DNA of 64,000 nt from Candidatus Babeliales bacterium (GTDB taxonomy: Bacteria > Babelota > Babeliae > Babelales > JANWKD01), in the NCBI GenBank assembly GCA_963701665.1, contig OY969622.1:960001-1024000 (forward strand), in the 5' to 3' direction. This document shows, piece after piece, positions 19,500 to 29,987 of this stretch (position 1 is its first letter; each line of letters begins with the position of its first letter). The translations under genes were made by a program, and so were the position numbers. Below the pieces are notes generated by a model that was not told where the DNA came from, ran no database searches, and worked only from the letters and a program-made list of their open reading frames with translations.

Positions 19500-20534
19500 C
19501 TAGAGTTGATGATGAGCCTGTATTTTTTCATGGATAGTACGTTGCTCGCCTGGCATTTCAAAAAATAACTTTTGCCCATGAAAAGGAATATGCAACTGTG
19601 CATGTTTTACCTGTTCTTGCGACTGTTGCCACCATGCATGTAATCTTTCGATAGGTGTATGCGCTTGGTCAAGGCCAAAATAAAAGGTACCCCAATGCAT
19701 TGGAATAAGATGTTGCGCGCGCAACGTAAGAAACGCGTGCCCTGCTTGTTGAGCGTCAATATGCGAGTGTTGCATCCATGCCCTCGGCTCGCAAGGGCCT
19801 ATGGGTAATAATGCAATATCAATTGAAGGGAAAACGCGTGCGATTTGTTCAAAATGATGCCAGTTTGCCGTATCGCCGCCAAAATAAATACGATAGTTAT
19901 TATATTCAATGAGCCAGCTTCCCCATAATGAGCGATTTCTATCAAATAATGCGCGCTGCGACCAATGATACGCGGGCAAAAAATAAAAATTGAGTCGAGG
20001 TTCCTTTAAACCCTCGTATTCTTGCCACCAGCCAAATTCATGCACCTGGGCAAACGAGCGTTTTTCAAACCATTGTTTATCCCCGAGCGGGACCAGCACG
20101 GTGGGATTATATTTTTTTATATCCATCAGACTTGCTGCATCCATGTGATCACGATGGTTGTGTGAAAGCAACACATAATCAATGCTTGGAAGCTGCGCTA
20201 AAGGAATGCCCGGCGATTGGATACGCCTGAATAACCATGAAGCATTACCAAAAATAGGGTCAGTTAGAATGGTAGTGCCATTAATCGTTATTAAAAAGGT
20301 TGAATGCCCAATCCACGTAATGGAAACGGCTCCCGCTTGAGTTAAGGTCTGAGTAAAAAATGAGTGGTGCACGGCCGATGAACTATCTGCCATCCGTTTT
20401 AACCATGCCTTTAAAAACATTACCACAGAATGCGAGAATACAGTCCGTTTCTTTTCATGTTCATGGTTATAAAAACGATTACTTTTTTTGAAGGGAGTAA
20501 GAAGGGAACTGTTGTGTTCAGGATGGGCTATCAT
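19500..20534 (-). CDS. Metallo-beta-lactamase-fold hydrolase (NAPE-PLD/RomA-like)
   Basis: WIGHST, TDPIF, SHNHRDHMD, GGDT, PMHWGT; start uncertain (20534 or 20576). Confidence 0.88.
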   Translation of the reverse strand: MIAHPEHNSSLLTPFKKSNRFYNHEHEKKRTVFSHSVVMFLKAWLKRMADSSSAVHHSFFTQTLTQAGAVSITWIGHSTFLITINGTTILTDPIFGNASWLFRRIQSPGIPLAQLPSIDYVLLSHNHRDHMDAASLMDIKKYNPTVLVPLGDKQWFEKRSFAQVHEFGWWQEYEGLKEPRLNFYFLPAYHWSQRALFDRNRSLWGSWLIEYNNYRIYFGGDTANWHHFEQIARVFPSIDIALLPIGPCEPRAWMQHSHIDAQQAGHAFLTLRAQHLIPMHWGTFYFGLDQAHTPIERLHAWWQQSQEQVKHAQLHIPFHGQKLFFEMPGEQRTIHEKIQAHHQL

Positions 20535-20746
20535 GAGGCCACCAATAAATAAACCCCCATCCAGACGCGAAGTCAAGGACAGGGGAAATGGAGGTTATCT
20601 TCGTAAAATGTGTTTGAAAACACATAAGATAATGTACAGGTAGTTGAAAGAAAAAGCAAATTTTTTTTGGAGTGTTCCTCGATTTTTCCTTAATTGGCTA
20701 TACTTCTTATCTCAATTATTATTTTATTTTCTAATGTAAATAATAG

Positions 20747-21865
20747 TCAATAGTTCTCACTAACCTTCATATGTTTTGCATAGACCATTTCATACGACTT
20801 TTTCATCGAATCTAGCGAAAGAACGTCTTTTACCGTTGCCAAGGCGTTCTTGCCCCATTGTGCTGCCTGTTCCTTATCGGCCATAATACGCGTGAGCCCA
20901 GCAACTAAGGCCCCTTTATTTTCAGATGGCACTAATAAGCCATTAACATCATTAATAATAACATCATGAGTAGCTTTTTCATGGGTCGAAATACACGGCA
21001 AGGCAAAGCACATAGCCTCAAGCATCGCTATTGAGATACCCTCTTTAAATGAAGAGAGAGCGAAGCAATCAAAGAGAGGATAATACCCATATGATGGTTT
21101 ACCGATAACAAACTGCACTACATGAGAAATGGCATGCTCAGCCGTTAGCTCACGCAACTGTTGCTCTTCGGATCCTGAGCCAACAAGCACAAGCCGCGCA
21201 TGAGGGTGTGCAGCATAAAGATCGGCAAAAGCATGTACGAGCAAAGAATAATTTTTCAAAAAAACAAATCGACCAACTGATCCGATGATAAAATGATCAT
21301 CAGTAAGCCCAAGATCCGCGCGCGTTAAGCCATACTGTTGCGCGCGTTTTCTGACAAGTTCATAATCTATACCATTTTGAATAGTAGTGATGCGCGCAGG
21401 TTGAATGTTATAATGCAGCTTTAATGAATCAGCAACGCCGTGCGACACGGCAACTAATTCGTGTGCCATACCATATGAAGCACGATCAAAGAGTGCGCGT
21501 AACGAACCATCCTGATCAACATTGTTGTGAAAACTATTGATCACCGGCACGCGGCACAACAATCCTACCAATCGTCCTGCAATATTGGCTGACCAAAGCC
21601 ACGTATGGATAATCGAAGGCCGCAATTTGTATACGCAAAGAAATAATCGTAAAAAAAAGAGCGGATCATATAAACAGACCAATCCTTTAATATGGTAGGT
21701 AGGAATGCCAAGTTCTTTCAAACGCGCAACGTTTGGGCCTTCATGAAAATAAATAACGGCGTAGTTAACATCACGAGTATCTGCACGCTCAAGAAGATCG
21801 CATAGTAATGTTTCCGCCCCACCCATTTTAAGGCTTGTAATAAGATGAAGAATCATTTTTTTCAT
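20747..21865 (-). CDS. Glycosyltransferase family 4
   Basis: GGAE, NGID, VGRF, EGISIAMLEAM. Confidence 0.9.
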   Translation of the reverse strand: MKKMILHLITSLKMGGAETLLCDLLERADTRDVNYAVIYFHEGPNVARLKELGIPTYHIKGLVCLYDPLFFLRLFLCVYKLRPSIIHTWLWSANIAGRLVGLLCRVPVINSFHNNVDQDGSLRALFDRASYGMAHELVAVSHGVADSLKLHYNIQPARITTIQNGIDYELVRKRAQQYGLTRADLGLTDDHFIIGSVGRFVFLKNYSLLVHAFADLYAAHPHARLVLVGSGSEEQQLRELTAEHAISHVVQFVIGKPSYGYYPLFDCFALSSFKEGISIAMLEAMCFALPCISTHEKATHDVIINDVNGLLVPSENKGALVAGLTRIMADKEQAAQWGKNALATVKDVLSLDSMKKSYEMVYAKHMKVSENY

Positions 21866-23442
21866 GAACTATGTTCCTTAAGCAATGCTTCATAATCTTT
21901 TTTCAGTTTTTTCTTATCCACTTTGCCAAGTGCCGTCATCGGCAAATCAGACATGCAAACAATATGACGCGGAATCTTATATGCCGCTAAATTATTTCTA
22001 CATAATTCTTTCAGTTCTTTTTCGCAATTGGGAGACTTTTGTCTGACAGCGACAAAGGCTACGGGAATTTCACCCGTCAATTCATCTTCTTTGCCGATAA
22101 CACCTGCTTTGAATACCGCAGGATGGCTCATCAGCACATTTTCAATTTCAGGCGGATAAATATTAAAACCTTTATGAATAATCAAATCTTTAAATCTTCC
22201 TGAAATCACTAAATTACCTTCAGGATCACAATAAGCAAAATCTCCCGTATTCAACCAACCATCCACAATCATTTCTTTGGTCATCTCGGGCGCATTATAG
22301 TAACCGAGCATAACGTTATCACCCTTCACCCACAAAATACCAATATTACCATGTGGCACTTCTGCTCCGGTTGTTTCATCTCGTAATGAAATAGAAATGC
22401 CAAAACCAGGCTTACCGATAGTATTGGTAGCGCGCGTTACATCATCAAGATCCCCCGCTATAAATGGCGATGTTTCTGTCAGGCCATAACCATTGCATAA
22501 CTTACGTCGATACACGAGCTCAAAACCAGCGCGAATCTTATCAGGCAATGCATCACCACCGCAAATAACAAAACGTACGCTAGAAAAATCAAGATGCTTC
22601 ATCATACACAGTAGCCCGTATAACGTTGGCACACCCAGCATGACCGTCGGCTTATGCTTAAATCCTTCCAGAATCCATTTGCGCTCGATCTTTGGTATCA
22701 CGATAACGCTCGTACCTAGGAAAAAACTGCTCCACACACATGAATTCTGCGCAAAGCTATGAAACAGCGGTAAGATACCAAACAAACGATCACGATGATC
22801 AATGTCAATGATTGCGGTAATTTGTGCAACGTTGGTAAGAATATTGCGCGAGCTGAGCATCACGCCTTTTGGCAATCCAGTGGTGCCCGATGTGTAAAGA
22901 AGCGCAGCCATATCATCAGGATTACGCGAGGGTATTGTATATTCGTACGATTTATATTCTTGTGGCGAATCTACTGATTGTAGTGTTGGTTCAATAAAAA
23001 CTTTTGGCAATATTAAGCCGCTATTTTTAAGATCAGTCAGTTTATGAGAAAATTCTTCTGATACCACGAGGGCTGCAGGTTGTGAATCGTTAATGATATG
23101 TGCTAATTCTTTTTCTGTTATGAATGTATTTAATGGCGCCACTACTGCACCCGTTTGCCAAATACCATAATAGGCAATGTAATATTCAAGTGAATTTTCA
23201 AAAAGAAGACATACGCGATCTTTTGGCTTAATGCCTTGTTCAAGCAACTGCATTGTTACACGCAATGAGTGATGATACAATTGTAAAAATGTAATGCTGA
23301 CATCTTTGCAAATAAGAGCGATTCTATGAGGAAATAGACGTGCTGCACGCTGCAAAAGTTTTCCAGCAAACATCAACGTCCCTTGTTCATGGAGCGCCTC
23401 ACAATACTGTGCAAAACGTTCTTTTCGTGTTACTTCGTGCAT
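21862..23442 (-). CDS. Long-chain fatty acid-CoA ligase (FadD-like)
   Basis: YTSGTTGLPKG, GYGLTET, TGD, GKVDK. Confidence 0.9.
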   Translation of the reverse strand: MHEVTRKERFAQYCEALHEQGTLMFAGKLLQRAARLFPHRIALICKDVSITFLQLYHHSLRVTMQLLEQGIKPKDRVCLLFENSLEYYIAYYGIWQTGAVVAPLNTFITEKELAHIINDSQPAALVVSEEFSHKLTDLKNSGLILPKVFIEPTLQSVDSPQEYKSYEYTIPSRNPDDMAALLYTSGTTGLPKGVMLSSRNILTNVAQITAIIDIDHRDRLFGILPLFHSFAQNSCVWSSFFLGTSVIVIPKIERKWILEGFKHKPTVMLGVPTLYGLLCMMKHLDFSSVRFVICGGDALPDKIRAGFELVYRRKLCNGYGLTETSPFIAGDLDDVTRATNTIGKPGFGISISLRDETTGAEVPHGNIGILWVKGDNVMLGYYNAPEMTKEMIVDGWLNTGDFAYCDPEGNLVISGRFKDLIIHKGFNIYPPEIENVLMSHPAVFKAGVIGKEDELTGEIPVAFVAVRQKSPNCEKELKELCRNNLAAYKIPRHIVCMSDLPMTALGKVDKKKLKKDYEALLKEHSS

Positions 23443-23557
23443 ATGAAATACCTTTTATGTACTTATTCTTTTTCATTGTTATACTAATAGATAATTAAGA
23501 GCTTATCCGAAAATTAAATAAATATACAAATGCAAGAAAAATATACTAAGAGAGTGA

Positions 23558-23660
23558 TGTCATTCAGAGCACGAGTAAAACGAGTGCGTGGAATCCAGGT
23601 CTAATAAGATTTTTCATGTATAGTCTGGATCCCTACGGCGCTTCGCGCCTCAGGATGACG
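23558..23660. repeat. REPIN-like element, subfamily B
   Basis: tgtcattcagag...gaatccag-linker(tctaataagatttttcat)-ctggatccc...caggatgacg; linker shared with 32593. Confidence 0.85.
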
Positions 23661-23672
23661 CTGGTGTCTATT

Positions 23673-24359
23673 ATGAAATTACCAAGCCAAGGCATACTCA
23701 TAGCGTGTGAAGGTATCGACGGTTCAGGAAAATCCACCCTCGCACGCGCATTGCATGCTTTTTTTTCTAACCAAAATATTCCCTCGTTATTGACAAAAGA
23801 ACCTGGCGGCACGCCACTCGGTTTACAGCTTCGCGCACTCGTACAAAATCCTGCCATCAAGCGCTGTTCAAAAGCAGAATTTTTATTGTTTGCTGCCGAT
23901 CGCGCCGAACATTTTAACACGGTAATCGTTCCTGCACTCAATAACAAAACGCTCGTCATTTCAGATCGCCTGGCTGATTCTTCACTCGTTTATCAAGGAT
24001 TTGGTCGAGGGCTTGATATACCGACGCTCGTCACCATCAACGCATGGGCAATGAACAATCGCAAACCGGATGTCACCCTCTACGTACGCATATCAGCACA
24101 ACGAGCGTTTGAACGTATACGCGCGCGCAAAGAGACTATAACCGCGTTTGAACAAGAAAAAACTGAATTTTTTAATCGCCTTATTGAGGGTTTTGAAAAA
24201 ATCTATCACAATCGTGAAGATGTTTTATGCATCGATGGCACACAATCGCAAGAAGCTGTTCTTGCTGACACAATTAAACAATTGACTCATTTTTTTGAGC
24301 AAAGGTTAACCCATGGAAACATTCAACGTACTCCCACCAGCACAACTTTGGATCGGTAA
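23673..24359 (+). CDS. tmk: Thymidylate kinase
   Basis: EGIDGSGKST, EPGGT, AADRAEH, SDR, YQG; start placed after the repeat. Confidence 0.95.
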   Translation: MKLPSQGILIACEGIDGSGKSTLARALHAFFSNQNIPSLLTKEPGGTPLGLQLRALVQNPAIKRCSKAEFLLFAADRAEHFNTVIVPALNNKTLVISDRLADSSLVYQGFGRGLDIPTLVTINAWAMNNRKPDVTLYVRISAQRAFERIRARKETITAFEQEKTEFFNRLIEGFEKIYHNREDVLCIDGTQSQEAVLADTIKQLTHFFEQRLTHGNIQRTPTSTTLDR

Positions 24360-25050
24360 CCCTGAACATCTTTCCCATGAAGTAAAAAAATATGTGCAGC
24401 AGTATTTGTGCGCCCATAAAGGATGTTCACAATGCCCCGCATGCAGAAATATTCAAGAACGCCAACACGCTTCACTGTTATGGCTTGCTCCCGAAAAAAA
24501 TTATACGCTCGAACAGCTTGAACCATTAAAACATACCATTTCCTTTGCACTCGATAGCGATCACCATTATTTTATTATACTCGAGGGCGCCGACACATTG
24601 CCGCCAGCATGCGCCAACAGTTTGCTCAAAATCCTTGAAGAACCGCCACACGGATATCATTTTATTTTACTGGCGCACGTACGCGATGCTGTGTTACCAA
24701 CCATTCAGTCTCGCTGTTTTATTATGAATAAACACACGCATGCACATGAACGCGCGAGTCATGACATTGTGTATGCACTCACCTCACATCCCCCTCGCTG
24801 CGCATTTGAATTTTTACAAATAGTTGAAAAATCACCGCCTGATGAGAATATGTCGCACATAATGCTTGAAGAAATTTTGTCATTTTGGCTTGAAAAGTAT
24901 AAAATACATACTGAAAGCGATAGTATTACTGAAAAAAAAATTGTCACTATGATTGAGAGTGTACATAAGGCATTAGCACAACCACCGATGCCAGGAAGCA
25001 GTAAATTATTTTGGAAGAATATATTTTTACAATTAACAACATGCTATTAG
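24313..25050 (+). CDS. holB: DNA polymerase III delta-prime subunit (short form)
   Basis: CSQCPAC zinc site, ANSLLKILEEPP, LPTIQSRC; tmk-holB synteny. Confidence 0.9.
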   Translation: METFNVLPPAQLWIGNPEHLSHEVKKYVQQYLCAHKGCSQCPACRNIQERQHASLLWLAPEKNYTLEQLEPLKHTISFALDSDHHYFIILEGADTLPPACANSLLKILEEPPHGYHFILLAHVRDAVLPTIQSRCFIMNKHTHAHERASHDIVYALTSHPPRCAFEFLQIVEKSPPDENMSHIMLEEILSFWLEKYKIHTESDSITEKKIVTMIESVHKALAQPPMPGSSKLFWKNIFLQLTTCY

Positions 25051-25059
25051 GGATATCGA

Positions 25060-25800
25060 ATGAATAAAAAACTTTTTTTAAGTATGGTCACTTTGTTCAT
25101 AATAACATTTACCCAGGCCAGTATTGCTGCTGGTGAACAAGATCCAACAATAATTGGTCAGATTATGACAGGACTCTACAAAGGCGTTTTTTCCGGCATT
25201 GCCCAATCGACTGCAACGCCCATTCTTGAAGCAGCTTCTTTTATAAAAAAACAAGCAATGCGTGGTATTTATTCTTTTAATGAAAAACCAGTAGAAGATC
25301 AATACAATGAATTTAATATTAATCAACTAAAGCGTAACCTTACTGTCTCTAAATTAAAAAAAACTGAAATTTTAATTGAGAAATACGATCACAAGCTAAA
25401 ACGTTGCAAAAACCCAGAAAAACGGAATCTATTTTTACAAGATCTTAAGGATAATTTATTAATAAATAAATCGTTAAAACAAGAAATTAATGATTTAGAT
25501 AGGCAATTTACTAAATCAACGCTTCGAGCTATGAAAAACACAAATAATCAAAGAACAATTGGTATTTTTGTAAAATCAATTTTTTTTCCTTTTATCGTTT
25601 TACCACGTATTTTTTTTACGTCGAATCAACCTTTGGACAAACAAAAAGTTGAAGCAGAGTCACAAAAATATATGAACAAACCTTCTATTCCAGGATTAAA
25701 AAAATCATCTCCCGAAGAGTTAAATGATTTTTTACAATCTCTTGATGGTGACGATAATGATAATTTAATTGTACAAGATATCGAACAAAACGGAAAATAG
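25060..25800 (+). CDS. Secreted/membrane hypothetical protein
   Basis: Signal peptide, coiled coil, hydrophobic segment. Confidence 0.7.
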   Translation: MNKKLFLSMVTLFIITFTQASIAAGEQDPTIIGQIMTGLYKGVFSGIAQSTATPILEAASFIKKQAMRGIYSFNEKPVEDQYNEFNINQLKRNLTVSKLKKTEILIEKYDHKLKRCKNPEKRNLFLQDLKDNLLINKSLKQEINDLDRQFTKSTLRAMKNTNNQRTIGIFVKSIFFPFIVLPRIFFTSNQPLDKQKVEAESQKYMNKPSIPGLKKSSPEELNDFLQSLDGDDNDNLIVQDIEQNGK

Positions 25801-25843
25801 TAATGGGCACAATGCACATCTTTTTAAACAATAAAGGCCTTAC

Positions 25844-26434
25844 ATGAAAAAAAATAACATTTTCCTTTTAACGATCGTTTTTTTGAGTTCAATTTACAAC
25901 AACGAAATATACTCAAAAACACATGAAGATATTAGAAAATGGCGTCAAGCAGCGGGTAGAGGCAATCTATCAAATGGACGATACATGAATGAAATGCAAA
26001 ATATGAATCTAGACGAATTCAAATTCAAAGTACAAGAAATGAGAAGAAAATCTAAAGATTCTACTGATGATCGCTTAGTTAAAAACATAGCGAGAAAAAA
26101 AACCATTCTCGGTTTTTGTAAAACTGGATTAAGCGGTTTGTTTGGGGCTTCCGGAGGCTTTTTAGCATTCAAGGTTATCCCGGCAAGTTTACAGTTCGAA
26201 GACGAACAAACAAGATTCGCAGCAACTTTCTGGAGCACCGTTGGTACGATTGGCTGTTTTGGATTTAGTTATTTTTTTGGAAGGAAAGGCTGTACTCAAA
26301 TAAAAAATAATTTATTTAGCGAATCCGTTCGACAAAGACTAGCTTCGCATGCTCCCAATTTAGCATTAGTTCAAGAGCAATTTAATGCAATACACAGTAT
26401 TAAAAACCGAAACGATGTCGAAGAAGTAGATTAA
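25844..26434 (+). CDS. Hypothetical protein with signal peptide and two-helix hydrophobic hairpin
   Basis: Gly-rich hydrophobic helices in the C-terminal half. Confidence 0.7.
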   Translation: MKKNNIFLLTIVFLSSIYNNEIYSKTHEDIRKWRQAAGRGNLSNGRYMNEMQNMNLDEFKFKVQEMRRKSKDSTDDRLVKNIARKKTILGFCKTGLSGLFGASGGFLAFKVIPASLQFEDEQTRFAATFWSTVGTIGCFGFSYFFGRKGCTQIKNNLFSESVRQRLASHAPNLALVQEQFNAIHSIKNRNDVEEVD

Positions 26435-26488
26435 CAGAATATATCCGATCGAAGTTTGTTATCCAAACTTCTACATTTTTTTATACTT

Positions 26489-26517
26489 AAAAGAGCCTTT
26501 TTTTAAAAGGCTCTTTT
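26489..26517. terminator. Bidirectional intrinsic terminator
   Basis: aaaagagcctttt-ttt-aaaaggctctttt between convergent genes. Confidence 0.8.
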
Positions 26518-26533
26518 TTATATAGCGTAATTT

Positions 26534-26794
26534 TTATGGACAGGCTGGATCTTGATCAACCTGTGCCGGTGGAATAAAATACTCAAAAGGAGTACGCGGC
26601 TTTCCACATGGGGTCAAACAATAATGCAGTCCAATATGTATTGTTTGATTTTCCACCACAACACCGTCATCATCTTCTTGTGATATCTGAACTTCTATAT
26701 CTTCAAAATAATCTTCAACACTAGAAGTCTGCATAGCTTGCGCTAAAGAAACCAGTAGAATACTCATTATGAACGAATAAAACAACAATCTCAT
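26534..26794 (-). CDS. Small secreted acidic protein
   Basis: Signal peptide ending AQA-M. Confidence 0.6.
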   Translation of the reverse strand: MRLLFYSFIMSILLVSLAQAMQTSSVEDYFEDIEVQISQEDDDGVVVENQTIHIGLHYCLTPCGKPRTPFEYFIPPAQVDQDPACP

Positions 26795-26905
26795 CGAGAG
26801 CCCCATCCCCTGATAAAAAGTTACTAAAAAAAATTAACGAAAAAAATCCCCTTTAATAAGATATTTTAAAAATAACCATTTTACGCCCATTAGTCAAAAG
26901 AATTT

Positions 26906-29440
26906 CTATTTATTTCTAGTATTTCCCCCATTTGGCAACCGATAATAGAGTAATTTCACTAGTTCCGTACCTATAAAATAAAAAACGGTAATGCCAATAA
27001 TAGTCCAATACATTGCCCAGGTAGGCGCCTTAAAATGGAAGAGCTCTTTCCCTATAGTTGTTGAGGGAATTACGAGCGTCACTAGTGCAGCTATGCAGGA
27101 CAATGCCACCAAAATAAGCGAGGGAAACTTTGCCTTGAAAAACACTCGTTTGGTTCGTATCGCATATATCGAAACGAGTGAGGTAAGAATGTTTTCTATA
27201 AACCAGTTCGTTTGTAAGACTTCAGGTGAGATACGATAAAACAGGAAAACAATAATACCATCACAACAGGAATTCACCACCGCAAGCATCGTTGAAAGGA
27301 GCAATAAATCTTTAAAAATATAGCTTTTAGGTTTGCGCAGTTCTTCTTGGTCAACGGTATCTGTTGCTATCGCAATCAACGGAAAATCAGAAAGAAGATT
27401 CACCAGCAAAATTTGCAATGGCAGCATGGGCAAAAAATCAAGAAAGAGCGATGCGATTGCTACGGAATAAAAATTACCAAATACGGAAGAAAAAGTCGTT
27501 TTTAAATATTTTATGGTATTGGCATATACCATGCGGCCTTGATAAATGCCATCGATAATGACGTTCAAGCTTTTTTTGAGCAAAATGATATCCGCAGCAT
27601 CACGGGCAATATCTGATGCTCCTTGCACAACGAGCGCGACATGCGCAACTTTCAATGCCGGTGCGTCATTAATGCCATCTCCTAAATAACCAACCTGATT
27701 TTTCTCTTGTAAAAACTTAACAATTTCATATTTTTGTTGCGGCTCAAAACGGGCAAAAATTGTGTAATCATTAGCAGCTTGCCTTTTTTGTTCTTGCGAT
27801 AATGCGGCAAAAGCTGCACCCGTGATAACACTTTTTTCATCGGAAATTAATCCTATTTGTTTTCCAACCGCATAACCAACGTCTGGTGAATCCCCTGTTA
27901 AAATTTTAAGGGTAACACCTAATTTTTTTGCCTTTATAACTGCTTGATGCGCATCTTTTTTGACCGGATCAACAAGAGAAATCAGACCAACAAAATCTAT
28001 ATTTTTTTCATCACGCGCTTCATGTTCAACCTCTAAAGCAATTATTTCCTTTTTTGCTATAACAAGAACGCGATGCGCTTGCTGTTCCTGATCATGGGCC
28101 CATGACAGCGCTGCTTTCTTTTGTTCTTCAGATAACGAGCAGCGTGCAAGCATTACTTCAATGATACCACGCGCTATTAAGATTTTTTTTCCCTCATACT
28201 CTACGACGGCAGTATTGCGCATTCTTTCATGATCAAACGGAATTTCGTAGATAGTTTTATACTGTGCTAGTTTTTCTTGTTGCTGCGCATCAACCGCAGC
28301 CCAACATGCCTGATCAATGGGATTGATACGTACTTGTTTTTTATTTTTGGTAATTATTGAAGCCCCAAGATTCGCATACCATAGTGTAGTTGCGCGATCG
28401 TTACCATACACATCAGCAATTGCCAACATGTTTTCAGTAAGAGTGCCCGTTTTATCAGAACATAAAATATCGATACTTCCTAAATCCTCAATTGCCGATA
28501 ATCGTTTGACAACAACTTTATTGCGCGCCAATAATAATGCTCCACGCGACAAACAAAAGGTAATGACAATTGGTAACGCCTCTGGCGTGATGGTTACCGC
28601 GAGTGAGATAGAAAAAATTAACAATTGTCCAAACGGAGCGTAAAGTCCTTTGAAAACCAGATTAAGAATGAACACGAGAAGCAACGTCGTTGAAACTAAG
28701 AGAATAATAAAACGGCTGAATGACGCCATTTCTTTTGCAAAAACTGTTTCTCGTTCTGCTTGTTGTGTCAGTTGTGCAACGGCTCCGATGGCTGTCTTTT
28801 GTGCCGTTGCTACTACAACGCCTATTCCTTTACCGCCAACTACGGTTGTGCCCATACTTGCCATATTGTTGGCTTGAAACAGTTGTTGAGGTTCATGTGT
28901 AAGTGGTTCTGTAGTTTTTTCAATTGGCACTGATTCGCCCGTAACCATTGATTCATCAATCAGTAATCCTGATTGTTCAATAATGCGGATATCAGCAGGC
29001 ACCATATCACCCGGTTCAATAATAACAATATCACCGGGTACTAACATGATGCTCGGTATTTCAGAATCTTTACCATCACGACGCACTTTTACCGTAGAAA
29101 GAACATATTTTTTGAGTAGCATAAGCGTCTGTTGCGCTTTATATTCCTGATAAAAACCAAGCAACGTATTGATCGCAACGAAGAAAAGAATCATGATGCT
29201 TTCTGTCAGTTCACCAATTGCAAAACCAATCCCCGCCGCGCCAACCAAAAGATACACGAAGGGTGATTTAATTTGATTGAGAAAAATTGACGCCCAGGCA
29301 ACATGTTCTTCTTGAAGTTGATTTTTGCCAAACTCTTTAAGACGCGCTTGAGCATCAGTCGATGATAATCCTTGAGCATTTGTTTTGAAATGCTCAAGAA
29401 CTTCTTGGCTTGATTGTGTACTAAAAGAAAGATTACTCAT
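26906..29440 (-). CDS. mgtA: P-type ATPase, Mg2+-transporting (MgtA/B-like)
   Basis: TGES, PEALP, DKTGTLT, TGD, GDGINDAPAL; FGNFYS and FLPMLPLQIL are typical of P3B pumps. Confidence 0.85.
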   Translation of the reverse strand: MSNLSFSTQSSQEVLEHFKTNAQGLSSTDAQARLKEFGKNQLQEEHVAWASIFLNQIKSPFVYLLVGAAGIGFAIGELTESIMILFFVAINTLLGFYQEYKAQQTLMLLKKYVLSTVKVRRDGKDSEIPSIMLVPGDIVIIEPGDMVPADIRIIEQSGLLIDESMVTGESVPIEKTTEPLTHEPQQLFQANNMASMGTTVVGGKGIGVVVATAQKTAIGAVAQLTQQAERETVFAKEMASFSRFIILLVSTTLLLVFILNLVFKGLYAPFGQLLIFSISLAVTITPEALPIVITFCLSRGALLLARNKVVVKRLSAIEDLGSIDILCSDKTGTLTENMLAIADVYGNDRATTLWYANLGASIITKNKKQVRINPIDQACWAAVDAQQQEKLAQYKTIYEIPFDHERMRNTAVVEYEGKKILIARGIIEVMLARCSLSEEQKKAALSWAHDQEQQAHRVLVIAKKEIIALEVEHEARDEKNIDFVGLISLVDPVKKDAHQAVIKAKKLGVTLKILTGDSPDVGYAVGKQIGLISDEKSVITGAAFAALSQEQKRQAANDYTIFARFEPQQKYEIVKFLQEKNQVGYLGDGINDAPALKVAHVALVVQGASDIARDAADIILLKKSLNVIIDGIYQGRMVYANTIKYLKTTFSSVFGNFYSVAIASLFLDFLPMLPLQILLVNLLSDFPLIAIATDTVDQEELRKPKSYIFKDLLLLSTMLAVVNSCCDGIIVFLFYRISPEVLQTNWFIENILTSLVSIYAIRTKRVFFKAKFPSLILVALSCIAALVTLVIPSTTIGKELFHFKAPTWAMYWTIIGITVFYFIGTELVKLLYYRLPNGGNTRNK

Positions 29441-29542
29441 AGCTCCCTTCAGTTAAAAGCAAAAAAACTTATAAAACTCTCAACTTTATTAAAAAGAATA
29501 CATAAACTAAGAAGCAGCTTTCAACCACTTGCGAAAATAGCT

Positions 29543-29977
29543 ATGACAAAATTAATAAAAGAATTATTACCAACCATCTTGCCACCCGCCACATCATGGC
29601 AACGCCATCTTATTGCGCATTGGGATACTGTTGTGGGTGATTTAAAGCAATATGTGTTTCTTGAAAAAATTCTTGATGATACCACCTTGGTGCTTGGTGT
29701 TACCAACACTTTGTGGATGCAAGAATTATATTATTTGTCTGATGTAATCATCCAAAAAATAAATTCAACGCTAGAATATCCCCACGTCAAAAATATTAGA
29801 TTTTACTATCGACCGAGAAAAAAAATAACGCGTGTATTCCAACCTCCACCAAAAAAAAATCTCATGCCACCATCATGTGTGCTAACATTACCACAAAAAA
29901 AAGCATTAGAACGCATTCCCGATGAGCAATTGCAGGAAGCACTAAAACGTTTTTTAATCAGGTGCATGCACCCATAA
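29543..29977 (+). CDS. dciA: DUF721 / DciA family protein
   Basis: HWDTVVG...LVLGVTNTLWMQEL...IIQKIN...VKNIRF. Confidence 0.75.
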   Translation: MTKLIKELLPTILPPATSWQRHLIAHWDTVVGDLKQYVFLEKILDDTTLVLGVTNTLWMQELYYLSDVIIQKINSTLEYPHVKNIRFYYRPRKKITRVFQPPPKKNLMPPSCVLTLPQKKALERIPDEQLQEALKRFLIRCMHP

Positions 29978-29987
29978 GGAGTTTGTT